The notes below the pieces were generated by a model that was not told the DNA's origin, did not search any database, and saw only the letters and a list, made by a program, of their open reading frames with translations. Positions 1 through 10,202 of a stretch of DNA of 35,104 nt are shown one piece after another (position 1 is the stretch's first letter; each line of letters begins with the position of its first letter). A program made the position numbers and the translations under genes. This stretch comes from a bacterium (GTDB lineage: Bacteria; Patescibacteriota; Minisyncoccia; UBA6257; 02-FULL-45-10c): contig JAJYMK010000003.1 of assembly GCA_021786945.1 (NCBI GenBank), positions 1-35,104 on the forward strand. Direction: 5' to 3'.

Positions 1-387
1 AAAAAATGGGGTATTTTATTTATTGAAGTGCCTAATTTTTTTTCGGTAGATACATTATTTGATTTTGAAATTAAAAAAAGAGTTTTTAGTGTACCTTATC
101 ACCTATCTTTATTTTCTCCCAGAGGTTTAAAGCAGTTGATTAATTCAGTGGGATTTAAAATCATTGAACAACGATTTTATTTTTCTTCAGTTATTGGTTG
201 CAAGATAAAAAAAATTTTGAATGTATTAAAACCTTATTTTGAATTAAGAACCAAAGAAATGGATATTAAAAAAAACAGTCAAATTTTAAACAGGTCTTTT
301 CCGCGATCTTTTTATAAAAAAATTATTTCTTATATATTGCCCGGGAGTAATATGATGATTGTTTGTAAAAAAGATAAAATTAATTAG
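1..387 (+). CDS. Class I SAM-dependent methyltransferase, C-terminal part (5' end outside window)
   Basis: Frame 1 is open from base 1 (KKWGILFIEVPNF...PYHLSLFS...L...GF). This is the typical C-terminal half of glycan-locus methyltransferases. Stop TAG at 385-387. Confidence 0.7.
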   Translation, partial: KKWGILFIEVPNFFSVDTLFDFEIKKRVFSVPYHLSLFSPRGLKQLINSVGFKIIEQRFYFSSVIGCKIKKILNVLKPYFELRTKEMDIKKNSQILNRSFPRSFYKKIISYILPGSNMMIVCKKDKIN

Positions 388-1056
388 TTGGAATATTTAA
401 ACAATATAAACATGAAAAATTTTAATTTAGTAGAAATGTATAAAAAACATCACGAAATTAATCATAGATCGGGTTTTTCTTTGCTTGAAAAAGAACGGGG
501 TAGTTTATTAGTCAAATTAGTTGGTCAGAATAAAAACATTTTAGATATTGGTTGCAGAGATGGCGTGCTTACAAAGTACTTCGCAAAAAATAATAACGTC
601 TTAGGTGTAGATGTTGATGACAATGCATTGAGATTGGCAAATAAAACTTTAGGAATTCAAACAATTCAAATGGATTTGAACGGAGACTGGACGGAATTAA
701 ATTATAAAAAATTTGATATCATAGTAGCAGGAGAAATTTTAGAGCATCTTTATTATCCGGATAAAGTATTGGAAAAAATTAAGAATCATTTGGTTTTGGG
801 GGGTATGTTTATTGGTTCCGTTCCGAATGCTTTTAGTTTAAAAAATAGGCTGAGATATTTATTCGGCCAAAAGAAAAATACACCACTAGAAGATCCGACG
901 CATATAAATCAGTTTTCCTATAAAAATATTAAAAATTTAATGGATGAATATTTTAGGGACATGAAGATTGTTGGGTTGGGAAGAGCTGGGTTTTTGGCTA
1001 AAATCTTTCCAAATTTATTTGCGTTTGATTTGTTTTTTATTTGCAGATATGAATAA
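388..1056 (+). CDS. Class I SAM-dependent methyltransferase
   Basis: ILDIGCRDG motif I, GVDVD, FDIIVAGEILEHL, GSVPN...HINQF. The start may be the ATG at 412 rather than the TTG at 388. Confidence 0.85.
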   Translation: MEYLNNINMKNFNLVEMYKKHHEINHRSGFSLLEKERGSLLVKLVGQNKNILDIGCRDGVLTKYFAKNNNVLGVDVDDNALRLANKTLGIQTIQMDLNGDWTELNYKKFDIIVAGEILEHLYYPDKVLEKIKNHLVLGGMFIGSVPNAFSLKNRLRYLFGQKKNTPLEDPTHINQFSYKNIKNLMDEYFRDMKIVGLGRAGFLAKIFPNLFAFDLFFICRYE

Positions 1057-2134
1057 TTCTAATAAAAAAGTTTGTTTTTTAATTAATAGTTTAGGATTTG
1101 GTGGGGCAGAAAGGGTCTTTGTCGACGATGCGAATAGTTTTTTTGAACAAGGAATTGAAATTTTTTTTATTATTTTGTATGGAGAGTCAGAAGCTAACCC
1201 TTTAGTTAAACAATTAAAAATTCCCCTACAAAACATCATTTTTTTAAAAGCTAGAAATAGATACGATGTTAATATTTTTAAAAAATTATTTTTCTTTTTG
1301 AAAGAAAAAAATAGATTGTGTCTGTATTCAACTCTGAATGATGCTAATTTTGTTTCTCGATGTATCTCTATTTTTTTTCCAAAAATATTTTTAGTTATAA
1401 GAGAAGCTAATACAGCAGAAAATAGAAGTTATTTGCATAAATTTTTTGATATATTAATGAATTTTAGAGCAAATACCTTAGTGGCTGTTTCAAAAAGTGT
1501 TAAAGACTCTTTTTTATCTTATCAGCCTTGGAATAAATCAAAAACTATCGTTGTTTATAATGGCGTTGATATCCCAGACATTTTCAACAAAGAAAATAAC
1601 GAGACGGTGGTTTTGACTGTTGGTAGCCTTACTTTTAAAAAAAACCATAGTTTATTAATTGATATTTTTGAAAAAATAGCAAATGAATTTCCGGAAGTTA
1701 AATTACATATCGTGGGAGACGGTATTTTGAAAGATGAGTTGTCTGATATTATTTTGTTTAAAAAATTACAAAATAGGATTTTTTTATTGGGAAAAAAGAA
1801 AAAAGAGGAAGTTTTTGAAGAATACAAAAAAGCTAGTATTTTTGTATTGTCTTCAAGTTGGGAGGGCTGTCCAAATGTTTTATTAGAAGCGATGTCGTTT
1901 GGGTTGCCAAGTATTGCTATGGGAGTTGGGGCAGTTCCGGAAATAATCGAAAATAAAGTATCTGGATTTATCGTGCCTAGAAATAATCCGTTTCTGATGG
2001 CAGAATATATAAAAGAATTATTAAGATCTAAGAATCTGCAAGAAGAAATGAAAAAAAAATCTCAAGCAAGGATAATTGATAAGTTTTCTAGAGACAAACA
2101 CCTTTCCGAATTAAAAAAATATTTATTAAATTAA
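1049..2134 (+). CDS. Glycosyltransferase family 4 (GT-B)
   Basis: GGAERV N-terminal motif, VYNGVD, and SSWEGCPNVLLEAMSFG (EX7E). Start reassigned to the ATG at 1049, which overlaps the upstream gene end. Confidence 0.9.
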   Translation: MNNSNKKVCFLINSLGFGGAERVFVDDANSFFEQGIEIFFIILYGESEANPLVKQLKIPLQNIIFLKARNRYDVNIFKKLFFFLKEKNRLCLYSTLNDANFVSRCISIFFPKIFLVIREANTAENRSYLHKFFDILMNFRANTLVAVSKSVKDSFLSYQPWNKSKTIVVYNGVDIPDIFNKENNETVVLTVGSLTFKKNHSLLIDIFEKIANEFPEVKLHIVGDGILKDELSDIILFKKLQNRIFLLGKKKKEEVFEEYKKASIFVLSSSWEGCPNVLLEAMSFGLPSIAMGVGAVPEIIENKVSGFIVPRNNPFLMAEYIKELLRSKNLQEEMKKKSQARIIDKFSRDKHLSELKKYLLN

Positions 2135-2135
2135 T

Positions 2136-2951
2136 ATGAAAAAAATAATCAATGAAGATGTTAGATTTGCTTTTGGAAGGAATTGGAGTGCTTATTTAAA
2201 AAATAATCTAATTTCCGAAGCAATTGAAATAAGTAAAGGGGGTTTAGAGGAATTTTTAGGTAAAAATCCTTTGCAAAATAAAACTTTTTTAGACTTTGGT
2301 TGTGGCAGTGGCATTCATTCTTTGGCAGCTCTGCAACTTGGCGCAAAAAAAGTGGTAAGCATTGATTTTGACGGAGATTCTGTTAAATGCTGTAAAAAAA
2401 TAAAAGAGGAAAGAGGCGATGGATATGATTGGGATATTTTACAGGGCTCTCTTATTGACGATAATTTTGTTAAAAGCCTCGGGCATTTTGATGTTGTTTA
2501 TTGTTGGGGAGTAGCTCATCATACCGGAGATATGAATAAGGCATTATATAATTTAAAGGAGCTAACTTCTGAAAACGGAGAATTGTTTGTAGCGATTTAT
2601 AATAAGGTTGAGGGAATGCGGGGTTCAAAATATTGGTGGAATATAAAAAGATTTTATAATAAATCTAGTTTTTTTATCAAAAAAATAATGGAATTATTTT
2701 ATATCTTTATTAATTTTTTGAAATTAGTTTTACGTTTTAAAAATCCATTTAGAGTCATGAATGAATATAAAAAGAAGAGAGGGATGAATTGGAGAACCGA
2801 TTTGATCGATTGGCTTGGTGGGTTTCCTTATGAATACGCCTCACCACAGGAAATTTTTAAAATTTATCACGACAAATATGGTATGGAATTAAAAAATATA
2901 AAAACAACAAATTATATTGGATGTAATCAATTTTTATTTGTTAAAAAATAA
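2136..2951 (+). CDS. Class I SAM-dependent methyltransferase
   Basis: FLDFGCGSGIHS motif I, FDVVYCWGVAHHTG, DWLGGFPYEYA. Confidence 0.85.
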   Translation: MKKIINEDVRFAFGRNWSAYLKNNLISEAIEISKGGLEEFLGKNPLQNKTFLDFGCGSGIHSLAALQLGAKKVVSIDFDGDSVKCCKKIKEERGDGYDWDILQGSLIDDNFVKSLGHFDVVYCWGVAHHTGDMNKALYNLKELTSENGELFVAIYNKVEGMRGSKYWWNIKRFYNKSSFFIKKIMELFYIFINFLKLVLRFKNPFRVMNEYKKKRGMNWRTDLIDWLGGFPYEYASPQEIFKIYHDKYGMELKNIKTTNYIGCNQFLFVKK

Positions 2952-2954
2952 ATT

Positions 2955-4778
2955 ATGTGTGGAATAGTTGGTTTTTCGTATAAAAACGAAGTTGATTTAA
3001 AAAAATCACTTCAAAAAATAGCTCATCGTGGTCCGGATAATTCCGGTTGTTATTTTGATGAGAATGTAAGTTTCGGTCACAATAGATTGTCTATCATAGA
3101 TTTATCTGATTTTGCAAATCAGCCGATGATAAGCAAGGATGGAGGTTCGGTTATTATTTTTAATGGAGAAATATATAATTTTAAAGATCTTAAAATGGAT
3201 TTGGAAAGATCCGGTGTAAAATTTAAGACCAATAGTGATACCGAGGTTATATTAAGGGGATATGAAAAGGAGGGGATCGGTTTTTTTTCTAAGATGAGGG
3301 GGATGTGGGCGTTTGCTATTTATGATAAAAAAGATAAAAAAATAATATTAAGCAGAGATTTGTTTGGCATCAAACCTCTTTATTATTCTATTGATTCAAA
3401 TAATCATTTTTTCTTTTCGTCTGAGATAAAAGGGATTAAAAATTTATTAAAATTGTCACCAAATAAAGAATTTTATTATCAGTATTTTAATTTTGGCTTT
3501 TTTGTTGCCCCGAATACTTGTTATAAAGAGGTCAAAAAAGTTGAACCAGGAGAGGTTTTGGTTTGGGATTTGATTGGTAAAAAGTTAAAATCACAAAAAA
3601 TTGATTTAATAGGAAATTATAGTAAAAATTTAGTTAATAATTTCGAAGATACTATTGATGTTTTAAATCAATCAATATTGGATTCGGTAAGGTCTCATTT
3701 TGTATCTGATGTTCCCGTTGGTATTTTATTTTCGGGCGGAAATGATTCTTCTTTGATCGCCGCTACCGCTAGCAAAATTGGCAAAAAGCCAACACTTTAT
3801 CATTTGGATATAAAAGGAAGTACTGATAGTTATTATGCTGATAAAATCGCAAATCATTTAGGGTTGGAATTAAAAAGTTATGAAATGAATAACCAGGTAC
3901 TGTCTGATCAGTATGATAAAATTTGGTCTATTTTAGACGAGCCAACTTCCGATATTTCGGTTATTCCGACTTCTCTTATTTATTCAACAATAAATAAAGA
4001 CACAAAGGTTGTTTTGAGTGGGGAGGGGGGTGATGAATATTTTGGCGGCTATTTACGACATAAAAATTTGATAGGATTGGATGGAATTAAAAAAGATAAT
4101 GGAATTTTAGAATTATTTAATTTTTTGGGTTCCGGACAATCTTTTTTTTCTTTGGAAGTATTAAATCCAATTATTAATAGATTGAGAAATGTTTCGTTGA
4201 ATAATTTTCAAAATGACTTAATTGGGTCTTATATGAAAGAAATAAAAAATATTGATTATCCTATTTTTTATAATGATACCAGGAGTTTTTTGTTCGAATT
4301 TTTTAATAAAAAAACTGACAAATTTGTTCCTAATAATTTATTTTTTGATCTTTTTTTGTATTTGCCAAGTAATTTAATGTATAAAAACGACATTTCTTCT
4401 ATGGCTAGCTCAATAGAGGCGAGAACTCCTTTTCTGGATAAGAATTTTTATAATAATGTTTTTTCTAAAATAAGGCCTGAATTTTTGCTTTCAAAAAAAT
4501 ATAATAATAAGATACTTATAAAAAAGGTTTTAGAAAGATATTTGCCAAAAGAATTGGTTTATCGAGATAAAAAAGGTTTCGGTTTTTCTTTTGATATTTA
4601 CGGAAATAAAAAAATTATTAATGATTCAATAGAGGCACTTAATTTTCATCAAAAAAATGCAGATATTTTTGGGTTGAATGAGGGGTTTATCGACTCAAAG
4701 AATGCTGAATTATTTTTAAAAAAATTTCCAAGATTTGTTTTTTCTCTTATTTCAAATTGGAAAATAACTCAAAAATAA
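2955..4778 (+). CDS. asnB: Asparagine synthase (glutamine-hydrolysing) family amidotransferase, probably glycan-modifying
   Basis: N-terminal MCGI (Ntn Cys), HRGPD, RLSIIDL, NGEIYNF, SDTEV, SGGNDSS, LSGEGGDEYFGGY, EARTPFLD, K.GF. Confidence 0.92.
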   Translation: MCGIVGFSYKNEVDLKKSLQKIAHRGPDNSGCYFDENVSFGHNRLSIIDLSDFANQPMISKDGGSVIIFNGEIYNFKDLKMDLERSGVKFKTNSDTEVILRGYEKEGIGFFSKMRGMWAFAIYDKKDKKIILSRDLFGIKPLYYSIDSNNHFFFSSEIKGIKNLLKLSPNKEFYYQYFNFGFFVAPNTCYKEVKKVEPGEVLVWDLIGKKLKSQKIDLIGNYSKNLVNNFEDTIDVLNQSILDSVRSHFVSDVPVGILFSGGNDSSLIAATASKIGKKPTLYHLDIKGSTDSYYADKIANHLGLELKSYEMNNQVLSDQYDKIWSILDEPTSDISVIPTSLIYSTINKDTKVVLSGEGGDEYFGGYLRHKNLIGLDGIKKDNGILELFNFLGSGQSFFSLEVLNPIINRLRNVSLNNFQNDLIGSYMKEIKNIDYPIFYNDTRSFLFEFFNKKTDKFVPNNLFFDLFLYLPSNLMYKNDISSMASSIEARTPFLDKNFYNNVFSKIRPEFLLSKKYNNKILIKKVLERYLPKELVYRDKKGFGFSFDIYGNKKIINDSIEALNFHQKNADIFGLNEGFIDSKNAELFLKKFPRFVFSLISNWKITQK

Positions 4779-4780
4779 TT

Positions 4781-5131
4781 TTTAAAGCTGATTAGAGAAG
4801 CTATTTACATAATATACGAGCAAAACAAATTTCTTTAATTTTAGATGTATTAAAAAATAAAAAAGAATTAAGAAATAATTTAAAATTAAATAAAAACTAT
4901 GGTACTCTTAGAAAGATATTATGGCCAATACCGCATGGTAATTATTCTTCAAATTTTGAAGAATTTATAAGATATGGAAAAGAGAAGTGAGTTGAGTTAT
5001 TTATTAGCTTCGGTTTTAAAATAGAAAAAATCATAAAGAGTCTGGTTGCTTCGAGATACGGTTTTGGTTTTGAGCGGCTGAGATATGTTTTAAAAGGTAT
5101 GTGATTTTCTTCGGTTTATATATTTATTTAA
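4781..5131 (+). pseudogene. Decayed, apparently internally deleted methyltransferase-like gene
   Basis: One frame reads FKAD*RSYLHNIRAKQISLILDVLK...LWPIPHGNYSSNFEEFIRYGKEK*VELFISFGFKIEKI...SRYGFGFERLRYVLKGM*FSSVYIFI*. Stops are at 4793 (TAG), 4988 (TGA), 5102 (TGA) and 5129 (TAA), each one base from a W, W, G or L codon. No SAM-binding motif I remains. Confidence 0.55.
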
Positions 5132-5144
5132 AAAAGATTTGATT

Positions 5145-5894
5145 ATGAATAATATAAATTTTAAAAAACATAATATAGAGTGGACCAATGAAAAGATTAG
5201 TCGTTTTTGGGATTACTGTGCTTCTAATAAGGATCTCTTTGAAGATTCGGTTGCTAAACAGAACGGAGAAGGGATTGTAAAATTTGTAAAAAAATACATA
5301 AAAAAAGATGGTCGAAATTTAGATTATGGTTCGGGTCCGGGGTATTTATTAGACTACTTATTTCAAAACAATATTTCTTGTTTTGCGCTAGATTCTTCCC
5401 CTGATTCCTTAGAAAATATAAAAGAAAAATTTAAAAATAACCCACTTTTAAAGGATGTTATTTTATCAACTAGTATTCCAAACAAAGATATCAAAACAGA
5501 AAATTTTGATTTCGTGTTTTTTATTGAGACTATAGAACATGTTTCTCCGGAATTCCTTAAAAATACACTCGAAGAAATGAATAGGATAGTAAAGCCAGGC
5601 GGCTATATTTTAATTACTACCCCAAATAAAGAAAATTTAGAGAAAAAAAAAGTAATTTGTCCGGAGTGTGGTTGTATTTTTCATAGGGTGCAACACATGA
5701 ACTCTTTTTCTGTAGAGAAATTATCAAATCTTATGTCTAGCCATGGTTTCGAACGAGTTTTTTGTAAAGAAACTATTTTTACTACCGGGGGAATATTTAA
5801 TAAGGTTAAATATATAATAAATAATTTTATGGAGCAGATTAATTTTAAAAAAAAGTTTAAACCAAATCTAATTTATTTAGGAAGAAAAAAATAA
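5145..5894 (+). CDS. Class I SAM-dependent methyltransferase with CPECGC motif
   Basis: NLDYGSGPG, FDFVFFIETIEHV, KPGGYILITTPN, CPECGC..FHR.QH. ATG at 5145; the ORF track starts at the TTG at 5139. Confidence 0.85.
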   Translation: MNNINFKKHNIEWTNEKISRFWDYCASNKDLFEDSVAKQNGEGIVKFVKKYIKKDGRNLDYGSGPGYLLDYLFQNNISCFALDSSPDSLENIKEKFKNNPLLKDVILSTSIPNKDIKTENFDFVFFIETIEHVSPEFLKNTLEEMNRIVKPGGYILITTPNKENLEKKKVICPECGCIFHRVQHMNSFSVEKLSNLMSSHGFERVFCKETIFTTGGIFNKVKYIINNFMEQINFKKKFKPNLIYLGRKK

Positions 5895-5985
5895 AAGATG
5901 GATATTTTGAATTAAAAAAATATTATGGAAAGCAAAAAATTTTAAAAAATGGTTACTTTTTTAAAAAGGTAAAGTTAATTATAAA

Positions 5986-6188
5986 TGTCTTTGCAATATT
6001 TATAATCTTGCTGAGGATGTTGAAAAAAATATATACACGGAGCTTTTGTGGAGTGTGATATTTGGAGGGGTGGGGCCGCAGCGGTAATGGCTTTTATTAC
6101 AAATAAATATAAATCAGGAATGATGATTTGGCTTTTCGATTATTTTGAGGGGTTACCGAGATCTAATAATATAGATGGAAAGTGTTAA
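5986..6188 (+). pseudogene. TylF/MycF/NovP-family sugar O-methyltransferase fragment
   Basis: 6033-6188 translates IHGAFVECDIWRGGAAAVMA...IWLFDYFEGLP, matching the TylF signatures G.FVECGVWRGG and W.FDSFEGLP. The upstream segment (CLCNIYNLAEDVEKN) is in another frame, with a frameshift near 6031. Premature TAA at 6186. Confidence 0.75.
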
Positions 6189-6540
6189 TTGTACCCTTAG
6201 AAAATATAATACCCATTATTCTGAAATTTTTATTCATAAAAAAAATAATAAGGCCAGAGAAAATTGGGCTGATTTTATTAAAATATAACTTTCTTTTTTG
6301 TCTTACTTACCAAAAGCATGGTCATTGGAAGCACATTGAATGATCCAATGGCTACCATTATCGTATAGATCTACGAATAGATGATTGATAATATATATTG
6401 AGGAAAGAATGTTTTGAATATTAGTAGTGTAGTAATTATATAAAAAAATAGACAGTAAATACAGTTAATGTAAATTTTGTTGATTTGAGAAAAAATATTA
6501 TTTTTGTTCTATCTATATTTCTATTTTAGGTAAATAGTGC

Positions 6541-7809
6541 TTACCTAGATTTTTTAAACATTAGATAATAAGAAATAATTATATTGAAAATGTTACTTAT
6601 ACCCCTAGCCACAATTAAACCAATAATTCCAAATAAATTAATCATTAAAATCATTACAACAATAGAAATTGATGGACTTAGAATACTGAATATGTAGTTT
6701 TTTTCTTTTTCCATTGTTGCTGAAACATTTGTCATAGGAAGTATGTAGAGAGAAATCAGAGAAAGCATTAACATGTAAATTTGTGAGTATAATATTGAAG
6801 AATTATATTGTGGAAAAAAAAGATTATATATTGGTTTTGCTAATACAATATAAATTATTGTAATTGTTAATGATGCGATAAAAAAAATAAATGATTTTTT
6901 AATAAGGTGTACTTTGTCGTCTCCTTGACTATGAGAAGATAATTTAGGTAATGCTATAACTTGAACACTTTTTATTAAACCATAAACTCTGTCTGGAATA
7001 TTTGTAGCAAATGCATAAATAGCCAATTTGGTTGCGCCCAAATAATGAAAAACTAAAATATTGTCCAGTTGTAAAATGGCCGTGCTTATAAAGTTTGCTA
7101 AACTTAGATGTTTGCCATAAGAAATTGTTTCCGGATCTTCTAGGTTGTTTGGTTGATATTTTTTTATAACGATAGAATATGCGATTAAATTAGCTATAAA
7201 ATTTGAAATTAAATTTACAAAAATTAAAATAACAGGATTTTTTGTAATAGTTAGACTAACTATTAAAATTGGGTAGTAGGTGAAATTTAGTATTTGATAT
7301 GTATAAAAATACGATTCAAAATTCTTTTTTCCGTTTAAAAAAGCTAAAAAAGTATTAAAGGTATTAATGAGTGGTGTGAGGATACCAACTATTAGTATGC
7401 CTAGGGCTATTTGCCAATTATTATTTAAAAAATAATAAGTACTAATTCCGACCGAAACCAGAAAGGGGATCGTTCCGTACTTAAGTTGTATTAAAATTGA
7501 TTTTTTAAATGAGCCTTCTAGCCCTCTGGCAACAGCTTGGGTTATAGCCGTATTCATCCCCGTTAGTGTGAACGCCCCAATTATTGATCCAATAGATAAA
7601 ATAAATTGATAGGTTCCGTAGTTTTCTTTTGGTAGAAACCTTGAAAATGCTATATAAAGCAAAAAAGAAAAGATGGATACTACCACTGTATTTGAATTTA
7701 TCCAAAACGTGCTTTTGGCTAAATAAACCATATCGGTTTTGGTGTATTTTTCGGTCCAGCGCAGAAAATTATGTGTTTTAACCTTTATTCTTTCTATGTG
7801 TTTTCTCAT
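6541..7809 (-). CDS. Wzx-like oligosaccharide flippase (polysaccharide biosynthesis/export protein)
   Basis: 422-aa polytopic membrane protein with RFLPKENYGTYQF and D.ILVFHYLG....AIYAFA motifs, next to glycan genes. Confidence 0.85.
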   Translation of the reverse strand: MRKHIERIKVKTHNFLRWTEKYTKTDMVYLAKSTFWINSNTVVVSIFSFLLYIAFSRFLPKENYGTYQFILSIGSIIGAFTLTGMNTAITQAVARGLEGSFKKSILIQLKYGTIPFLVSVGISTYYFLNNNWQIALGILIVGILTPLINTFNTFLAFLNGKKNFESYFYTYQILNFTYYPILIVSLTITKNPVILIFVNLISNFIANLIAYSIVIKKYQPNNLEDPETISYGKHLSLANFISTAILQLDNILVFHYLGATKLAIYAFATNIPDRVYGLIKSVQVIALPKLSSHSQGDDKVHLIKKSFIFFIASLTITIIYIVLAKPIYNLFFPQYNSSILYSQIYMLMLSLISLYILPMTNVSATMEKEKNYIFSILSPSISIVVMILMINLFGIIGLIVARGISNIFNIIISYYLMFKKSR

Positions 7810-7882
7810 TTCAATTATTAAACTATTTTTGCCGTCTTAAAGTCATTTTGCCCGAGCCTTCTTTTAGTATATTATATAACGT

Positions 7883-10078
7883 ATGCAAACAAATACTTTC
7901 AAGAATATTTTGGTTTGGACCATAAGAATCGGTCTATTAATCGTGCCTTTTATTCCGCTTTACATAGCCGCTGGCTTATTTTTCCCGTTTATCACCGGTA
8001 AAGCTTTTCTTTTTAGGGGGATTGTAGAATTGGTTTTTGCAGCTTGGTTAATATTAATTGCTTTTTATAAGGAATTCAGGCCAAAGAAAAATAATTTGCT
8101 TTGTATAGCTATTTTTATTGCTGTTGTTACTTTAGCTACCGTTGTGGGCATAAATCCCCTCAGAAGTTTTTGGTCTAATTTCGAGAGGATGGAGGGGTTG
8201 GTTATGTATATTCATCTTTTTGCTTATTTCTTGGTTCTTGGGAATGTTTTCAAAAAGAAAGATTGGTTTTGGATGTTCAATGCTTTTATAGCTTCGGGTT
8301 TAATTGAGGGTTGCTACGGTGTTTTGCAGAAAATTGGTAAAATTGCATCTCCTCAGGGTGGAAACAGAATTGATGGAACAATAGGTAATCCGGCATATTT
8401 GGCGGCCTTTATGATGTTTGTCGCCGCTTTTTGTGTTTATTTGTTTTTGAAGACAAAGAATGTTTCTGGCCGAATATATTATGCCGCTTCGGGATTGTTT
8501 TCTTTGTTGATTATTTATTTTACGGCAACCCGTGGTCCGGTTTTGGGTATTTTTATTGCTTTGATTTTAGCGGGAGCGGGGTATTTATTTTTCAAGAAAA
8601 TTGAAACCGAAAACGATAAAAAAATTAAAAAAGCCTTGCTTTGGAGTTTGGTTGGTTTGGTTTTGGTGGCGGGACTGATTTATGGATTCAAAAATGTTGG
8701 ATTTATAAAAAATAATCCGACGCTTTCCAGGCTTACCAATTTATCTTTTAGCGATACAACAATTACTTCCAGGTTTAGTATTTGGCAGATGAGCTGGAAA
8801 GGATTTTTGGAAAAGCCGCTTTTGGGTTGGGGACCAGAAAATTATGTCGTAGTATTTTCAAAATACTATACTCCGGAAATGTGGAAACAGGAGCCTTGGT
8901 TTGATAGATCTCACAACATTGTTTTTGATTGGCTTATCAATGCGGGTATTTTGGGTTTATTGAGCTATTTGTCTATTTTCTTTTTTGCCAGTCGTGAACT
9001 TTACAAAAATTATCAGAACAAAAAAATATCTTTTGAGGAACTGATTTTGGTGCTTGGTCTTTTTGTAGCTTATTTCTTCCAGAATCTTTTTGTTTTCGAC
9101 AATATCGCTACTTATATTTCTTTCTTTGCCATATTGGCTTGGATTTATAGCGTGTCTACCGAAGAGGAGCGGGCGGTTTCGCAAAAAGAAAAGCCGGCTT
9201 TAGATATAAATTATTCGCCATTGGTTATCGCCGGAGTCGTTTTGTTGGGCTTTTTCTATGCCTATCAGATGAATATAAAGCCTTATTTTGCTAATTCTGA
9301 TTTAATGAATGCATTGATGTACGACAAGTATCCTACAACCGCTTTAGGTTATTACGAAAAAGCTTTTAATGAAAATACTTTTTTGGGTAGAGACGAAACA
9401 GTCGGCCAGTTTGTAACTTTTGCCGTTTCGGCTGTAAAAGATTCGACATTGTCTACCGACAAAAAACAGGAAATCGTTTCTTTAGCAGTAAAAGAGCTGG
9501 ATACGGCAAAAAGTCAAAATCCTTTGGATCCGAGGCCGTTTATGTATTCCAGTTTGTTCTACGAGAGTGTTGGCCAAATAGATAAAGCCATTGAAAATAT
9601 GCAGGAGGCCGTAAAAATTTCTCCGCACAAACAAGATATTGTTTTGAATTTAGCTAGGCTTTATTTGGGTCAGAATGATTTTGAAAAAGCTTTGCCGATT
9701 ATAGAAAAAACATTCAATGAAGACCAAACCAATCCGAATGCTAGAATTGATTTAGCCGCAGCTTATATTTTGATGGGCGATCAGGCTAAAGCCGACCAGC
9801 TTCTTATTGAAGGATTTGGAACTACGACTGTTACGGATGATATTTTATTAAAGAGTTATAGTATTGTTAAAAAGTACGACAGAATGTTGGATATTTGGAA
9901 AGAGTTGGTAAAACAAAATCCTAAAAATATAAATTTTTATAAAGGTTTAGCCGGCGCCTATCTTTTGAATGGTAGAGTCGATTTAGCCATCGAGTCTCTT
10001 CGTATGATTGTAACTATTGACCCATCAAGGTCCTCGGAGATTGAGCAGATAATCAATCAGATTCTTGGTAGTAAATAA
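7883..10078 (+). CDS. O-antigen ligase/polymerase (Wzy_C) family membrane protein with C-terminal TPRs
   Basis: Many TM helices; RIDGTIGNPAYLA, TATRG, R..IW......F.EKPLLGWGPENY, DRSHN...D.L...GILG. C-terminal TPR-like helices (A...NP, A...SP). Confidence 0.88.
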   Translation: MQTNTFKNILVWTIRIGLLIVPFIPLYIAAGLFFPFITGKAFLFRGIVELVFAAWLILIAFYKEFRPKKNNLLCIAIFIAVVTLATVVGINPLRSFWSNFERMEGLVMYIHLFAYFLVLGNVFKKKDWFWMFNAFIASGLIEGCYGVLQKIGKIASPQGGNRIDGTIGNPAYLAAFMMFVAAFCVYLFLKTKNVSGRIYYAASGLFSLLIIYFTATRGPVLGIFIALILAGAGYLFFKKIETENDKKIKKALLWSLVGLVLVAGLIYGFKNVGFIKNNPTLSRLTNLSFSDTTITSRFSIWQMSWKGFLEKPLLGWGPENYVVVFSKYYTPEMWKQEPWFDRSHNIVFDWLINAGILGLLSYLSIFFFASRELYKNYQNKKISFEELILVLGLFVAYFFQNLFVFDNIATYISFFAILAWIYSVSTEEERAVSQKEKPALDINYSPLVIAGVVLLGFFYAYQMNIKPYFANSDLMNALMYDKYPTTALGYYEKAFNENTFLGRDETVGQFVTFAVSAVKDSTLSTDKKQEIVSLAVKELDTAKSQNPLDPRPFMYSSLFYESVGQIDKAIENMQEAVKISPHKQDIVLNLARLYLGQNDFEKALPIIEKTFNEDQTNPNARIDLAAAYILMGDQAKADQLLIEGFGTTTVTDDILLKSYSIVKKYDRMLDIWKELVKQNPKNINFYKGLAGAYLLNGRVDLAIESLRMIVTIDPSRSSEIEQIINQILGSK

Positions 10079-10110
10079 CTTTTATTCTTATATTTATTCT
10101 TCACTAAAAA

Positions 10111-10150
10111 TGTTTCCATTATTTCCGCTATAGCAAAATTTATGGAAACA
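10111..10150. repeat. 40-bp palindromic element, copy 1
   Basis: TGTTTCCAT-TATTTCC-GCTATAGC-AAAATTT-ATGGAAACA, flanked by AAAAA and TTTTTTT. Intergenic between the ligase gene and recG. Confidence 0.95.
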
Positions 10151-10202
10151 TTTTTTTGTTTGGTTAAAAATATTTTTTACGCTTTTGAATTAAAGAATAT
10201 TC

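Noticed and set aside
968-1048. TTG-initiated extension of the GT4 gene
   Set aside because: It overlaps the upstream methyltransferase by 89 bp; the ATG at 1049 gives a normal GT4 N-terminus.
4988-5104. TGA recoding (code 25 or 4) to rescue the interrupted frame
   Set aside because: The same frame also has TAG and TAA stops, long genes are full-length without in-frame TGA, and TGA ends the tkt C-terminal gene at 28757.
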